Below are positions 12,892 through 25,199 of a DNA stretch of 64,000 nucleotides, one piece after another (position 1 is the first letter of the stretch; each line of letters opens with the position of its first letter). The notes under the pieces were generated by a model. That model searched no databases. It was not told where the DNA came from and was given only the letters and a program-made list of their open reading frames with translations. A program made the translations under genes and the position numbers. The stretch comes from Octopus sinensis (Eukaryota), in assembly GCF_006345805.1 (NCBI RefSeq), contig NC_043015.1, forward strand, positions 40,734,001 through 40,798,000, given 5' to 3'.

Positions 12892-13101
12892 ATATACAAG
12901 CATATATATGTACACACATATATATACATATACATGCATATATACATACATATATATATATATATACATACATATATGTATATATGTATATATATACATA
13001 TATATATACACACATATATGTATATATATGTATTAATATATATATATATACATATATATATACATATATACATAGATTAAAACTCGCTAAGAAGGTTTTG
13101 A

Positions 13102-13153
13102 AACCACCTGAAGAATGTCAAAGATGTGCTGACACGAAACAATCGTAGTGGTT
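13102..13153 (+). ncRNA. Minimal type-I hammerhead ribozyme motif
   Basis: Stem I aaccac/gtggtt (6 bp); CTGAAGA; stem II tgtca/tgaca; GAAAC-AATC-GTA. Confidence 0.7.
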
Positions 13154-13376
13154 ATTCATATGTTTAAATTTTAATTCATATAAAATTATTTTATGTATGG
13201 ATTAAGTCTTTCTTTGTTTGATTTACATAATAGTGGTTTTGTCTCTAATTTAATATAATACATATACATATATATATATATACACGTATATAGGTATATA
13301 TATATATATATATACATATACATACATATATATATATACATACATACATACATATATAACACACACACACACACAC

Positions 13377-13409
<33 letters not shown>

Positions 13410-13550
13410 GATATCCATCATCATCGTTTAATGTCTGCTTTCCCTGCTGGCATGGGTTGGACGATTTGACTATGACTGGCGAACCAGATGGCTGCACCAG
13501 GCATATATATATGCATACATATATATGTATGCATACATATATATATATGC

Positions 13551-13581
<31 letters not shown>

Positions 13582-13719
13582 CATATATATACACATATAT
13601 GTATGCATACATATACATATATATATATGCATATATACATATATGTGTGTGTGTGCATAGTGAGAATCTATAAAACAACAAACTGACGTATTAGTTTAAC
13701 GCTTGGGAAGTGAGAAAAT

Positions 13720-13755
13720 CTTTTATGTTTCGAGCCTATGCTCTTCAGCAGAAAG
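13720..13755 (-). ncRNA. Compact hammerhead-like motif (core variant CUGCUGA)
   Basis: cttt-CTGCTGA-a-GAGC atag GCTC-GAAAC-ATA-aaag; sister copy at 34887-34920. Confidence 0.4.
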
Positions 13756-13825
13756 GAACACAAAAATAAACTAGGAGAAAAAATAGAAAAAGGTTTATTG
13801 GCCAGCGATCTATCATGTATTCAAC

Positions 13826-13943
13826 AGATCCACAGTTGAGTAGTTGAGGAGATGTTTCAGGAGCCAGTCATAGTGTTGTAAGAGCTGAGTCAGGAAGCTT
13901 CTTCCTGGTTGGAAACCATGGTGGGTGTCAGTCAGCAAATCAG
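13826..13943 (-). mobile_element. CR1-like LINE RT fragment (inverted relative to 14486-14600)
   Basis: Reverse complement reads [25 protein letters not shown]. Confidence 0.8.
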
Positions 13944-14092
13944 GATGTGATGTATACATATATGCATACATCCATAAAAATGCTATCATATATATATATT
14001 ATATATATATATATATATACACATATCACAAGAACACATATATATATATACATACACGCACATATATATATTCATATATATATACACACACA

Positions 14093-14132
<40 letters not shown>

Positions 14133-14344
14133 ATACATATAAACATATATATATACACACATATATACATACATATATATATATTACATACATCATATAT
14201 ACATACATATACATACATGCACACTTATATATGCATACATATATATATACATATACACATATATACATACATACATACACACTTATATATGCATACATAT
14301 ATATATATATATACACATATATACATACATACATACATATATAT

Positions 14345-14391
<47 letters not shown>

Positions 14392-14415
14392 CATATATAC
14401 ATACATACATACATA

Positions 14416-15240
14416 TGACCTTGCACATTAGCAAAGTCATGGAATGGTTAGTTAGAAGAAAACTAATCACAATCCTTGAGGAAACTGATTTGCTGACTGA
14501 CTCCCACCATGGTTTCCGACCAGGAAGAAGCTTCCTGACTCAGCTTTTACAACACTTACGACTGGCCGCTGAAAAATCTCCTCAACTACTCAAACGTGAA
14601 TGCAATACATACTCTTTTACTTGTTTCAGTCATTTGATTGCGGCCATGCTGGAGCACCGCCTTTAATCAAACAACTCGACCCCAGGACTTATTCTTTTGT
14701 AAGCCCAGTACTTATTCTATCGGTCTCTTTTGCCGAACCGCTAGATAACGGGGACATAAACACACCAGCATCGGTTGTCAAGCAATGCTAGGGGGACAAA
14801 CACAGACACACAAACACACATACGCATATATATACATATATACGACGGGCTTCTTTCAGTTTCCATCTACCAAATCCACTCACAAGGCTTTGGTCAGCCC
14901 GAGGCTATAGTAGAAGACACTTGCCCAAGGTGCCACGCAGTGGGACTGAACCCGGAACCATGTGGTTGGTAAACAAACTACTTACCACCTCAACTTTGCA
15001 AATGCTTTCGACAAAGTTGATCGTGGAATGTCATGTCACGAACTGTCTGATCGCGGCACAGTCGGGAAATTTGGAGAATGGCTGCATGACTTTCCGTAAG
15101 ATAGAAGTCAGCCAGAAGTTGCCAACAAGGGCTACCTCCAATGGCACACAAATAGTGAGCAGTGTTCCACAAGGCACTGTTTTGGGACCACTACTGTTTA
15201 TAATGGCCCTCTTTGATATACCCTCAGCCACAGTTACAAG
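14416..15240 (+). mobile_element. CR1-like LINE reverse transcriptase fragment interrupted by SINE A
   Basis: [34 protein letters not shown]|LNFANAFDKVD, VPQGTVLGPLLF. Confidence 0.9.
14611..14988 (-). mobile_element. SINE family A nested in LINE RT
   Basis: Removing it restores the RT motif VNAIHLNFANAFDKVD. Confidence 0.9.
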
Positions 15241-15348
15241 TGGCTGTGTGTGCGTCCTGGTGATGAAAGGTACAGAAAGGGTTATAATTCAAGTAATTAG
15301 GAAGAGAATTAGCTTCCATGAGACAGTGTTATGTCGCAATACTACAGT

Positions 15349-15735
15349 GGCGCAGGAGTGGCTGTGTGGTAAGTAGCTTGTTTACCAACCACATGGTTCC
15401 GGGTTCAGTCCCACTGCATGGAACCTTGGGAAAGTGTTTTCTACTATAGCCTCGAGCCGACCAAAGCCTCGTGAGTGGATTTGGTAGACGGAAACTGAAA
15501 GAAGCCCGTTGTATATATGTATATATATGTGTGCGTGTATGTTTGTGTTTGTCCCCCTAGCATTGTTTGACCCTGTTGTACTCTTTCACCACAACGTTCT
15601 CTCACTCTCTCTTCCTGTTTCTTGAGTAACGCTGCGATGGACTGGCGTCCCGTCCAGCTGGGGGGAACACATACGCCACAGAAACTGGGAAACCAGGCCC
15701 ATGAGCCTGGCTAGGCACGAAAAGGGCAACGTTTT
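15349..15735 (+). mobile_element. Chimeric SINE: family A 5' part fused at ~15571 to a B-related 3' part
   Basis: A-type sequence to 15571, then CCCTGTTGTACTCTTTCACCACAAC (as in SINE B) and CTGCGATGGACTGGCGTCCCGTCCAG. Confidence 0.7.
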
Positions 15736-15846
15736 TATCATATATATCTGTATTAGAAAATTACTATTTTTAAATCTCACAACGTGAGATATTCAGCAAC
15801 AGTACTTTGGAGTAAAGATTGTTTGCCAACAAAACATGGCAGTAAC

Positions 15847-15929
15847 ATGGAGTAAAGGTTGTTTGCCAATGCAACATTCGTCCGAAACCAGGACTGCCAT
15901 GTTACATTGGCAAACAACCTTTACTTCAT
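15847..15929. repeat. 83-bp hairpin / short foldback
   Basis: atggagtaaaggttgtttgccaatgcaacat vs atgttacattggcaaacaacctttacttcat (29/31 complementary). Confidence 0.85.
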
Positions 15930-17656
15930 ATATATGTATGTATGTATGTGTAATGCATGCACATAAAAGACAGTTTATACCCACATTAACATAGGCAATC
16001 GAGATAAATACACATCATCACCATGGAATATTTGCTGTCCATGTTGGCATGAGTCGGACGGTTTGACATGAGCTGGCAAGGTGGGGAGCTGGACCAGATT
16101 CCAGTCGGATTTAGTAGCTTCGCTTCTCCAACCTGATGTTCTTCCTAATGCCAACCTCTTTACAGTGTGCCGGACGCCATCAACATGGCCTGGCACGGGT
16201 ATTTCCTACATGGCCCCAGCACGAGTGCTTCACATGTGGTGCCAGCACTGGTGCTTTTTTACATGGTGAGACATGCGCATGTGTACATGTACTCACAAAA
16301 ATACATGCGTAGCATATTGATAAAAAGCAAGTAGTCCAACAGCTTGACACAGAAGTAAACAAACGTCTATGAGAGAGCACGTGTGTGTGTGTGTGAGTGT
16401 GTATGTGAGTGTGTGTGTGTCTGTGAGTCTGTGTCTGTGTGTGAGAGTGCGTGTGTGAGTGTCTGTGTGTGTGTGTGAGAGTGTGAGTGTGTATGTGTGA
16501 GTGTGTGTATGAGTGTGTGTGTGTGTGCCTGTGAATGTGAGTGTGTGTGCGTGTGTGTATGTGAGTGAGTGTGTGTGTCTGCGTGAGTGTGTGTGTGTGT
16601 GCGTGTGTGTGCTTAATGACTTAACAGGCTGTGTTATTTTGATGTACTCCCCCCACCCATTCACATACAGCATCTGATAGATGCAGGTGAGGAGGGAATG
16701 CAGGGTGGGGAGGAAATGCAGGGTGGGTGGGTGGCTGGGTCAGATGAAGGAAACATCTGGAATTCTACGGTATGCCATACTTAATGCTATTAAAGAAATC
16801 AATTAATTAGTAATAGACAATATGGCCAATGGAATCAGTCAAGTGCTGGACAAAATGCCTTGTATTATTAAATTACAACACTTTTCCGTGTTCAAAACAC
16901 ACACACCTTTGATAGACAGGCTTCTTTTAGTTTCCTTCTGTCAAATCCACTCACAAGGCGTGGGTTCGCCAGAGGCTACAGTAGAAGACATTTGCCCAAG
17001 GTGCTATACAGAGGGACTGAACCTGGAGCCAGGTGATTGGGAGCAAACTTCTTAATTACACCATCTCTGTGCTTACAAATGTGAGCCAAGACAAACTCTA
17101 TCTTTCATCCTTTCGAGGCTCAATAGATAACAGCAGGAGAGAAGTTACACGATGGATTTAATTGACTTCAGTTGTCCTTGAAACTTGTGGACTTCTGTTT
17201 ATATTAGAAATCAATTTTAAGTTTTACAATGTCAGATTATGAAGAATATATCACGATTAACAGCTGTCAGCTGTTTCAACTTCATTAACCTTTCATGTCT
17301 GTGTTTCCATGGAAGCATGAGTTAGAGGAGTATATGATTTAAGCCTTGTTTTATAGCCAGAGCGCGTTATGGTCACTTAGTCTTACCTGTTTTTGCAAGT
17401 AGGAGCTATCTTATTCCACTGACCTTCAAAGGCGCAAAACCAGCAGATGACACCATCACAAGGAAAAATCACAGAAATGTCATCACTGTCCATAGTAGTG
17501 TGATGACAAATCATAAATACGATCAAATACACACACACACACACACACACAGACAATGAGCTTTCTTTCAGTTTTCGTCTACGAAATACACTCACACAGC
17601 TTTTGTCGCCCCGGGGCTTCAGTAGAAGACACTAATAATTTTGCCAGCGCACCGCC

Positions 17657-17761
17657 TTAATAATAATAATGATAATAATAATAACAATAATAATAATGAT
17701 GATAATAATAATAATAATAATAACAATAATAATAACAATAATAATAACAATAATAATAATG

Positions 17762-17795
<34 letters not shown>

Positions 17796-17870
17796 TAACA
17801 AATAACAATAATAATAATGATGATAATAATAATAATAATAATAACAATAACAATAATAATAATAATAATG

Positions 17871-17901
<31 letters not shown>

Positions 17902-18133
17902 TAATAATAATGAATAATCCTTTCAACTAAAAGCCCAAGGCCATAGATTTGGTGGGAAGGGACTAATCAATTACATCAACCCCAGTACTTGACTGCTACT
18001 TATTTCAACAACCCCAAAAGGGTGAAATGCAAAGTCGACCTCAGCAGGATTTGAACTCAGAATATAAGGATGGACGAAATACCACTAAGCATTTCGTCCA
18101 GTGTGCTAATGATTCTGCCAACTCACCACCTTC

Positions 18134-18183
<50 letters not shown>

Positions 18184-18435
18184 TGATGATGATAATAATG
18201 ATGATAATAATAATAATCATAAAAACGGTTTCAAATTTTGCCACAAGCCCAGCAATTTTGAGGGAGGGGATATGCCCATTTTATTGACCCCAGTGTTTCA
18301 CTGGTACTTATTTTATCGACCCTGAAAAGATGAAAGGTAAAGTTGACCTTGGTGGAATTTGAACTCCGAATATAGCAACAGGCGCAATATCACTAAGCAT
18401 TTCATCCAGCATGCTAACATTTCTGCCAGCTCACC

Positions 18436-18480
<45 letters not shown>

Positions 18481-18530
18481 CCTTTCTGCTATATGTACAA
18501 TGCCTGAAATTTTGAGGGAGGGGGCTACTC
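17657..18530. repeat. (TAA)n fields with interspersed minus-strand SINE C copies
   Basis: TAA/CAA/TGA repeats at 17657-17917; C copies at ~17920-18130 and ~18220-18435. Confidence 0.85.
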
Positions 18531-19542
18531 AATTACACTGACTCCATTAATAACAACAAATATTTTTTCCCTTATAATACAAAGAAAAAATTAGTGCACA
18601 ATTCAGCAAAATGCTCAAGGAAATTGCTGAACATAAATAATTACATTAAATTCAGAACAGTAAGTATAATACATATAAGAAATATAATATAAATAAAATG
18701 ACATGAAAATATCTCAAGGTGTATACAGGAAAACAAATACATCTTTTATTATACACCATGATAGTTTTTACATTGTGTGTGTATGAGGCAGCTGTCAAAA
18801 TATGTCAGGTGCAATACTGAACATTGTAATGGTGATGGTGGAGGTGGTGGTCATGGTGGTGGCAGGTGGAGGGGAGTTGAAGGTGTGGTGGTGGGGGGGG
18901 GGGGGGTGGTGGTGGTGTTGGCGGTAATGTTGTCAGCTGAAGGTTCAGAGGGGATTGTGAAACTGACAGATATATTTGTGTGAGAGAGTAGAAGGAAGAG
19001 GTGTGTGTGTGTGTTTGAGAGAGAGGACAAGAGGCAAGAAGATATTGTGAACAGCTGGACATAGCAAAGAAGAGGGGAAGGAGGGGAGAAGAGAGAATGA
19101 GAAAGAGAAATAGGGGGAGGAGGAACAGGATGTCTTTTAAACATTTTACAGGCATATCTCTTCAATTCTTTTACACATTTCAGCTACCAGGCTGCAGCCA
19201 TGCTGGGGCATCACTTTCGTGGGTTTAGTTCAACAAATCACCCATAGAACTTACTTTTTAAGTCTCATACCATATTCTAGCAATCTCCTTTGCCAGACTG
19301 CTAAGTTATGAAGATGAAAATATAACAACACCAGTTCTCAATCAGTGATGGGCAACAAATACACACACACACACACATATATACACATACATGCCAAAAA
19401 ATACGTACATACATATATACACATACACATTTATTTACACACATCCATACATGTCTATACATACACAGACATATATACACACATACACATATATATAGTC
19501 ACACAGATATGTATACACACACACACACACACACACACATAA

Positions 19543-19916
19543 GGTGCAGGCGTAGCTGTGTGGTAAGAAGCTTGCTTACGAAACACATGGTTCCAGGGTT
19601 CAGTCACCCTGCATCGCACCTTGGACAAGTGTTTCTTCCTATAGCCTCAGGCTGATCAAAGCCTTGCGAGTGGATTTGGGAGACGGAAACTGAAAGAAGC
19701 CCATTGTATGTGTGTGTATATATATATAAAATACAAAATGGGATATATATATATGACAGGCTTCTTTCAGTTTCCGTCTTCCAAATCCACTCACAAGGTT
19801 TTGGTCAGCCTGAGGCTATAGTGGAAGACACTTGCCCAAGGTGCCACGCAGTTGAACTGAACCAAGAACCATGTTGTTGGGAAGCAAGCTTCTTACCACA
19901 TAGCCACGCCTTTGCC

Positions 19917-19918
<2 letters not shown>
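19543..19918. mobile_element. Inverted pair of SINE A 5' halves (19543-19703 +, 19753-19918 -)
   Basis: Both match the family A head, ~50 bp apart. Confidence 0.85.
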
Positions 19919-19947
<29 letters not shown>

Positions 19948-20537
19948 TGGAGCCTGGTGCAGCCTCCTGGCTTCCCAGACCCCGGTTGAACCGTCCAACC
20001 CATGCTAGCATGGAAAACGGACATTAAACGATGATGATGATATATATATTTCTCATACATGTGTTTCATCTCAAGCCTACAGGTCCATAAACCCAGTCCC
20101 CCACCCTATCTCACCTGTAATGAATAAGCTCAGTGACCACCCCCACTAAATGCCAGTCGTTGGAAGCATCAAGGGATTCATTTATAGCTGAGTGGAACTG
20201 AAGCAACATGAAATGAAGTGGCACAATGTGACATCCAGTCCCAGGCCCTGAACCAACGGAGGAGAGGACTAACAACCACCTTATGTAACTTCTGCATGAC
20301 CCCAGGGCAGTCATGGTTGGAGCAGTAATGAAACATTCCTGACTCTATTTTATGATAGATGGGGGAATACGCTCAAGAAAGTATCCTTCTTTCCTACCTG
20401 AAGGTGCGTATAGGTGTGTGTGCATGTCTGTATGTATGTATACACACACACATACGTACACATACTCAAATGCATAAACACCACACCACACCATATATAT
20501 ATATATATATATCACACACATACATGTACATATATAT

Positions 20538-20676
20538 ACTCTTTTACTTGTTTCAGTCATTTGACTGCGGCCATGCTGGAGCACCGCCTTTAATCGAGCA
20601 ACTCGACCCCGGGACTTATTCTTTTGTAAGCCCAGTACTTATTCTATCGGTCTCTTTTGCCGAAGCGCTAAGTAAC
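20538..20676 (-). mobile_element. SINE A 3' fragment
   Basis: Nearly identical to 657-795. Confidence 0.85.
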
Positions 20677-21573
20677 GAGATATATATTTTATAAATATAT
20701 ATATATACATGTATATATGTACATACATATTTATGCACACAAACACACACATATACATACATAAACACTATCACACAATTAGATACAGACAGGCAGATTC
20801 ATAAACACACGCACACACACAGATAGTCAGACAGACAGACAGATAGATATTTGCATATATATATATATATAGATAGATATATAGATAGATAGAGAGAGAG
20901 AGAGAGATTGAGAGAAAGAGGGATGGTGAAGAGGGACATTTCATACATACATTGACAGACAAATGGACAGACAGAGAGACACCTGGTAGACAGGCAGAGA
21001 TAAACAAACTGCCAGGTAAGTAGAGAAATGAAAAATTTTCACACACACACACACGTACACCTAGAGTCACCAGACTTGACAGGTAAATGACAGGTTGTGT
21101 GTGTGTGTGTGTGTGTGTGTATGTTGTATGTTAGGGTATATATATAATAAGCTAACTTTCAAAAACATCCCACCCACATCCACGCTACTGGACCCTGCTC
21201 TCATCATTACCACCGCTGCCACCACCACCACCACTGATGACAACCATCATCATCATCAACACCATCAACAGCCTCAGCAATTGTTTTGCCGTTCCTGTTG
21301 AGGTTGATATCCTTTGAAATGAAGAAACGGACCAGTTGGAAAAACAAACAACCCCGTGTTTACACAACACACACAGATTTAAACACACATACATTTACAC
21401 AACTATATATACACACACATACATATATACACATATATACGTGTACTCAGACACGTATGTATACACGTATGTAAAAAAAACATGGCCAATGACTTGCGTG
21501 TAGATCTGTATATAATTGAACGGGTTTGGTGAAGCAAAGAGGGAAAAAACAGACCTCAAAAATACACGTACAG

Positions 21574-21725
21574 TTTTATTAATGCTCAGCAGAAGCAACA
21601 GAGTGGCTCGAGGGCCGACAGTTTCGTGCGTTCGGCACCTATCAAACTCTGTTTTGATAAGAGCCAGCGCACGAAACTGTCGGGCCCTTGAGTCACTCCG
21701 TTGCTTCTGCTAAGCAATAATAAAA
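21574..21725. repeat. ~152-bp imperfect palindrome
   Basis: ttttattaatgctcagcagaagcaacagagtggctcgagggccgacagtttcgtgcg...ctatcaaa / 6-nt loop / tttgataag...cgcacgaaactgtcgggcccttgagtcactccgttgcttctgctaagcaataataaaa. Confidence 0.9.
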
Positions 21726-21726
21726 G

Positions 21727-22081
21727 GCGATCTTTCGTCTCTAGTAGACCTTTCCGTCGATTTCCGTAAAAAATTTTTTTTTTACATATGGGCTTGCGGG
21801 AACTTTTGAAGTAATATACATACATATACACATACACCGAGTAAAAAATTTCAGTTATCTCTTTTTCACACATTACTCTAACAGAAGCACTTCACTTACA
21901 CAACATACTGTCTGTCTCCCACACCCCATCAAACACACACACACATGTACATCAATGCTTCACATGCACGGTAACTTCAAAAGAACTTCCCTCGTCATGC
22001 AATCGCTTTCTCTTAGTCTCTTTCGCTAAAAAATTTTTTTACGGAAATCGACGGAAAGGTCTACTAGAGACGAAAGATTGC
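21727..22081. mobile_element. MITE-like element with ~53-bp terminal inverted repeats
   Basis: gcgatctttcgtctctagtagacctttccgtcgatttccgtaaaaaa... at the left end and its near-perfect reverse complement at 22028-22081; non-coding interior. Confidence 0.8.
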
Positions 22082-23386
22082 TAAATAAAAATTTAAACAC
22101 ACACATACACACACGCGCGTGTATGTATGGATGTATATGTGTTTTGTGTGTGTGTGTGTCTATGCAGTCACAGAATGTATGAATGTATATATACACATGC
22201 ACAACACACAGACACATGCACGACAGTCAATAAGGAATAGTTGTCTTCCGTCACTTGTTTAATATCTTCTTCATAGTTCTGCCATAAACTACAGGAGGAA
22301 ACGAGAACAGATGTTACCGATAGCAGAAGCGAAAAGAACCATAATTTCTAAACCTAATCTATTAATGGGTGTGTGTATATATATACGTGTGTGTGTGTAT
22401 ACAAACACATGGATATGGATATGTGTGTATGGTGTTCATCATCATCATCATCGTTTAACGTCCGTTTTTCGCGCTAGTACGAGTTGTACGGTTCGACCGG
22501 GATCTGGGAAGCCATGGAGGCTGCACCAGGCTCCAGTCTGATCTGGCAGTGTTTCTACAGCTGGACGCCCTTCCTAACGCCAACCACACCGCGAGTGTTG
22601 TTGGATAAAAATGCAGAGAAGTACTCAATACAAAGCTAGAGTGTAAATAGTTTCTTTAAGCCATTTCAAGTGACAGCTTAACCTGGAATCTTTTTCAGGG
22701 TGCCACCCCTTCCTAAGACAACTCACCCAGTCTGACATACCTGACAAAGTGGTACCACGGTGTGCAAACTCCAGCCATAACAGGCCACTGAACTAGCCCT
22801 TATGATATATAATGTGTGTGTATGCATGGTTGTGCAGGTAACACGTTCGTTTTATGAATCTTGTGGTTTCAGGTTCAGACCCACTGTGTGACACCTTAGA
22901 CAAGTGTCTTAGAGTATAGTCCAAAGCCAACCAATGCTTTGTGAGTCAATTTGGTAGATGGAAACTGTGAGGAAGCCCACTACATTTGTGTGTGTGAGAG
23001 AGAGATAGAGAGAGTGTCCTTGCATTTGTATCTCCACCAATGTTTGACAATCAAGGTTGATCTGTTCACGTCCCGATGACTTAGAGGTTCAGCCAAACAG
23101 ACTGATAAAATTAAATGCCAGGCCTAAAATATGCGTTGGGGGTCAATTTATTTCACTTAACCTTTCAAAGTGGTGCTCCAACAAAGGCCATAGTCCAGCA
23201 ACAAACACATAGAAAAATAAAATACATACATACATACACATATATATATTATCTTATATGCATTGAATTCTATACTATATATATGTATGTTATTATGGTT
23301 GTCGTTTTGATAAATAAATAAGTCAACATTTTAATATCCTAAAGCTGATGAACCAACTAATGCGCTTCTCCGTTTTCTTATTTGTA

Positions 23387-23427
<41 letters not shown>

Positions 23428-23699
23428 CATCTGTTATCATTTGATTTTCTGTCTGAGAAATTTCTAACAGGAGACATCGTACAATTTTTTAACTCTTATT
23501 AGTAAATGCAACATGTGTAATGGTGAATAAATGATACCCCAAAATTTTTTACAATCTCCTATTTTGATATATATTTGTATATATATATATATGCATATAT
23601 ATATTTTTGCTCGACTAAAGGCGGCGCTCCAGCATGGCCACAGTCAAATGACTGAAACAAATAAAAGAATAAAAGAATATATATATATATATATACATA

Positions 23700-24115
23700 T
23701 GCCCAGGGATGGCTGTATGGTAATAAGTTTGTGCCACAACTACATGACTCTGGGTTCAGTCCCACTGCATGGCACCTTGGGCAAGTGTCTTCTACTGTAG
23801 CCTTGGACCAATCGAAGTCTTATGAGTGTATATGGTAGACGGAAACTGAAAGAAGCCTGGCATGTGTGTGTGTATGTGTGTGTCTTTATGTCTGTATTTA
23901 GTCCTCAATCTCCACCTGACAACTGTTGTTGGTTTGTTTATGTCCCCATAACTTAGCAGTTCAGCAAAAGACACGAATAGAGTAGGTACCAGACTTTAAA
24001 AAGAAAAAAAGTCCTGGGGGGAGGGGGGGTCAATTCATTCGACTAGAAATTCTTTGAGGTGGTGCCCCAGCATGGGCACAGCCTAATAATGATTGAAACG
24101 AGCCAAAGAAGAAAA
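23700..24115 (+). mobile_element. SINE family A (diverged)
   Basis: Head, body and tail recognisable. Confidence 0.8.
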
Positions 24116-24899
24116 AAAGATAAAGCACATCGCTCCCTGTCTTCACCGAAATTGCTTTATTCCAAACCATATGTAGACCGAGAGACCGAGTTCTAACAAA
24201 TGGTAATTAGTGCTGTCGTGCTTGAGCAAAATCATAAAAGTGTGAGTGTGAGTGAGAGTGAGTGTGTAGAAAGAGAGGGAGTCATTGATGGTTTTGATCA
24301 GCCACTATCACTACTCGGAGCCTCTTTTTCCCTTTTGTTACTCGGAGGGTCACATGAGACGGAAACTCGGAGTAACCTGAGCTGTAAATTCTCAGCTTTT
24401 AACAAATGAATACACTCCGCTTCTCATATTGCCCACTGGCTTTAAACTCATCTGCAGAACCAAATGTGTGCATACAGAGCTATATATACATATGTACAAC
24501 ACACACACACACACAAATAAATATATATATATATACATACATACATGTATATATTACATGTATATATGTCTGTAAGCGTGCACACACAACCATACATATT
24601 TATATACACACACACACACATACATATGTATACACACACACATATATATATACACACACACATACATATATGTATATATGTACATGTATATGTCTGTATG
24701 CACACACAACTATACATATGTATACACACATACATTTGTATACACACATACACATATATATACACACACACGCACATATATATGTACATGTATATATGTC
24801 TGTATGCACACACACATGCATCTGTATGTATGCACACACAACCATACATATTTATACACACACACCACACACATACATTTGTATACACATACACACACG

Positions 24900-24965
<66 letters not shown>

Positions 24966-25199
24966 GAAAGTGCCTAGTGTATATAGCAATATGTGACTGT
25001 GTGAGAAAGGAAGTAGATAGAATGTGATAAAGGCCGTGTGAAGGACATGGCTTGTGAGTAAACCTGGAAGTGAAGAGAGTACACAGAAACAACAACCTGG
25101 TGACCCACCCTCCTCTGTGTGTGTGTGTGTGTGTGTGTGTGTTTAAAGGCTTCAGTCAAGAGGAGTACAGAATACACACAACAGCTTCTTTAGGCCAGG

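Noticed and set aside
10486-14666. Many [12 protein letters not shown] ORFs
   Set aside because: Stop-free dinucleotide microsatellites
16686-16740. G-quadruplex-like GGG runs
   Set aside because: Common low-complexity motif with no functional context
17381-17520. Minus-strand CAG|GTAAGA donor and short ORF
   Set aside because: Lies in repeat-like sequence next to a SINE remnant; no acceptor or credible peptide
22220-22289. Possible minus-strand exon after CCTCCTGTAG (LWQNYEEDIKQ...)
   Set aside because: No convincing donor; the frame runs into a microsatellite
23345-23525. CTGATGA ... GCAAC-ATGT-GTA hammerhead-like pieces
   Set aside because: GAAA mutated, no stem I, and interrupted by a microsatellite
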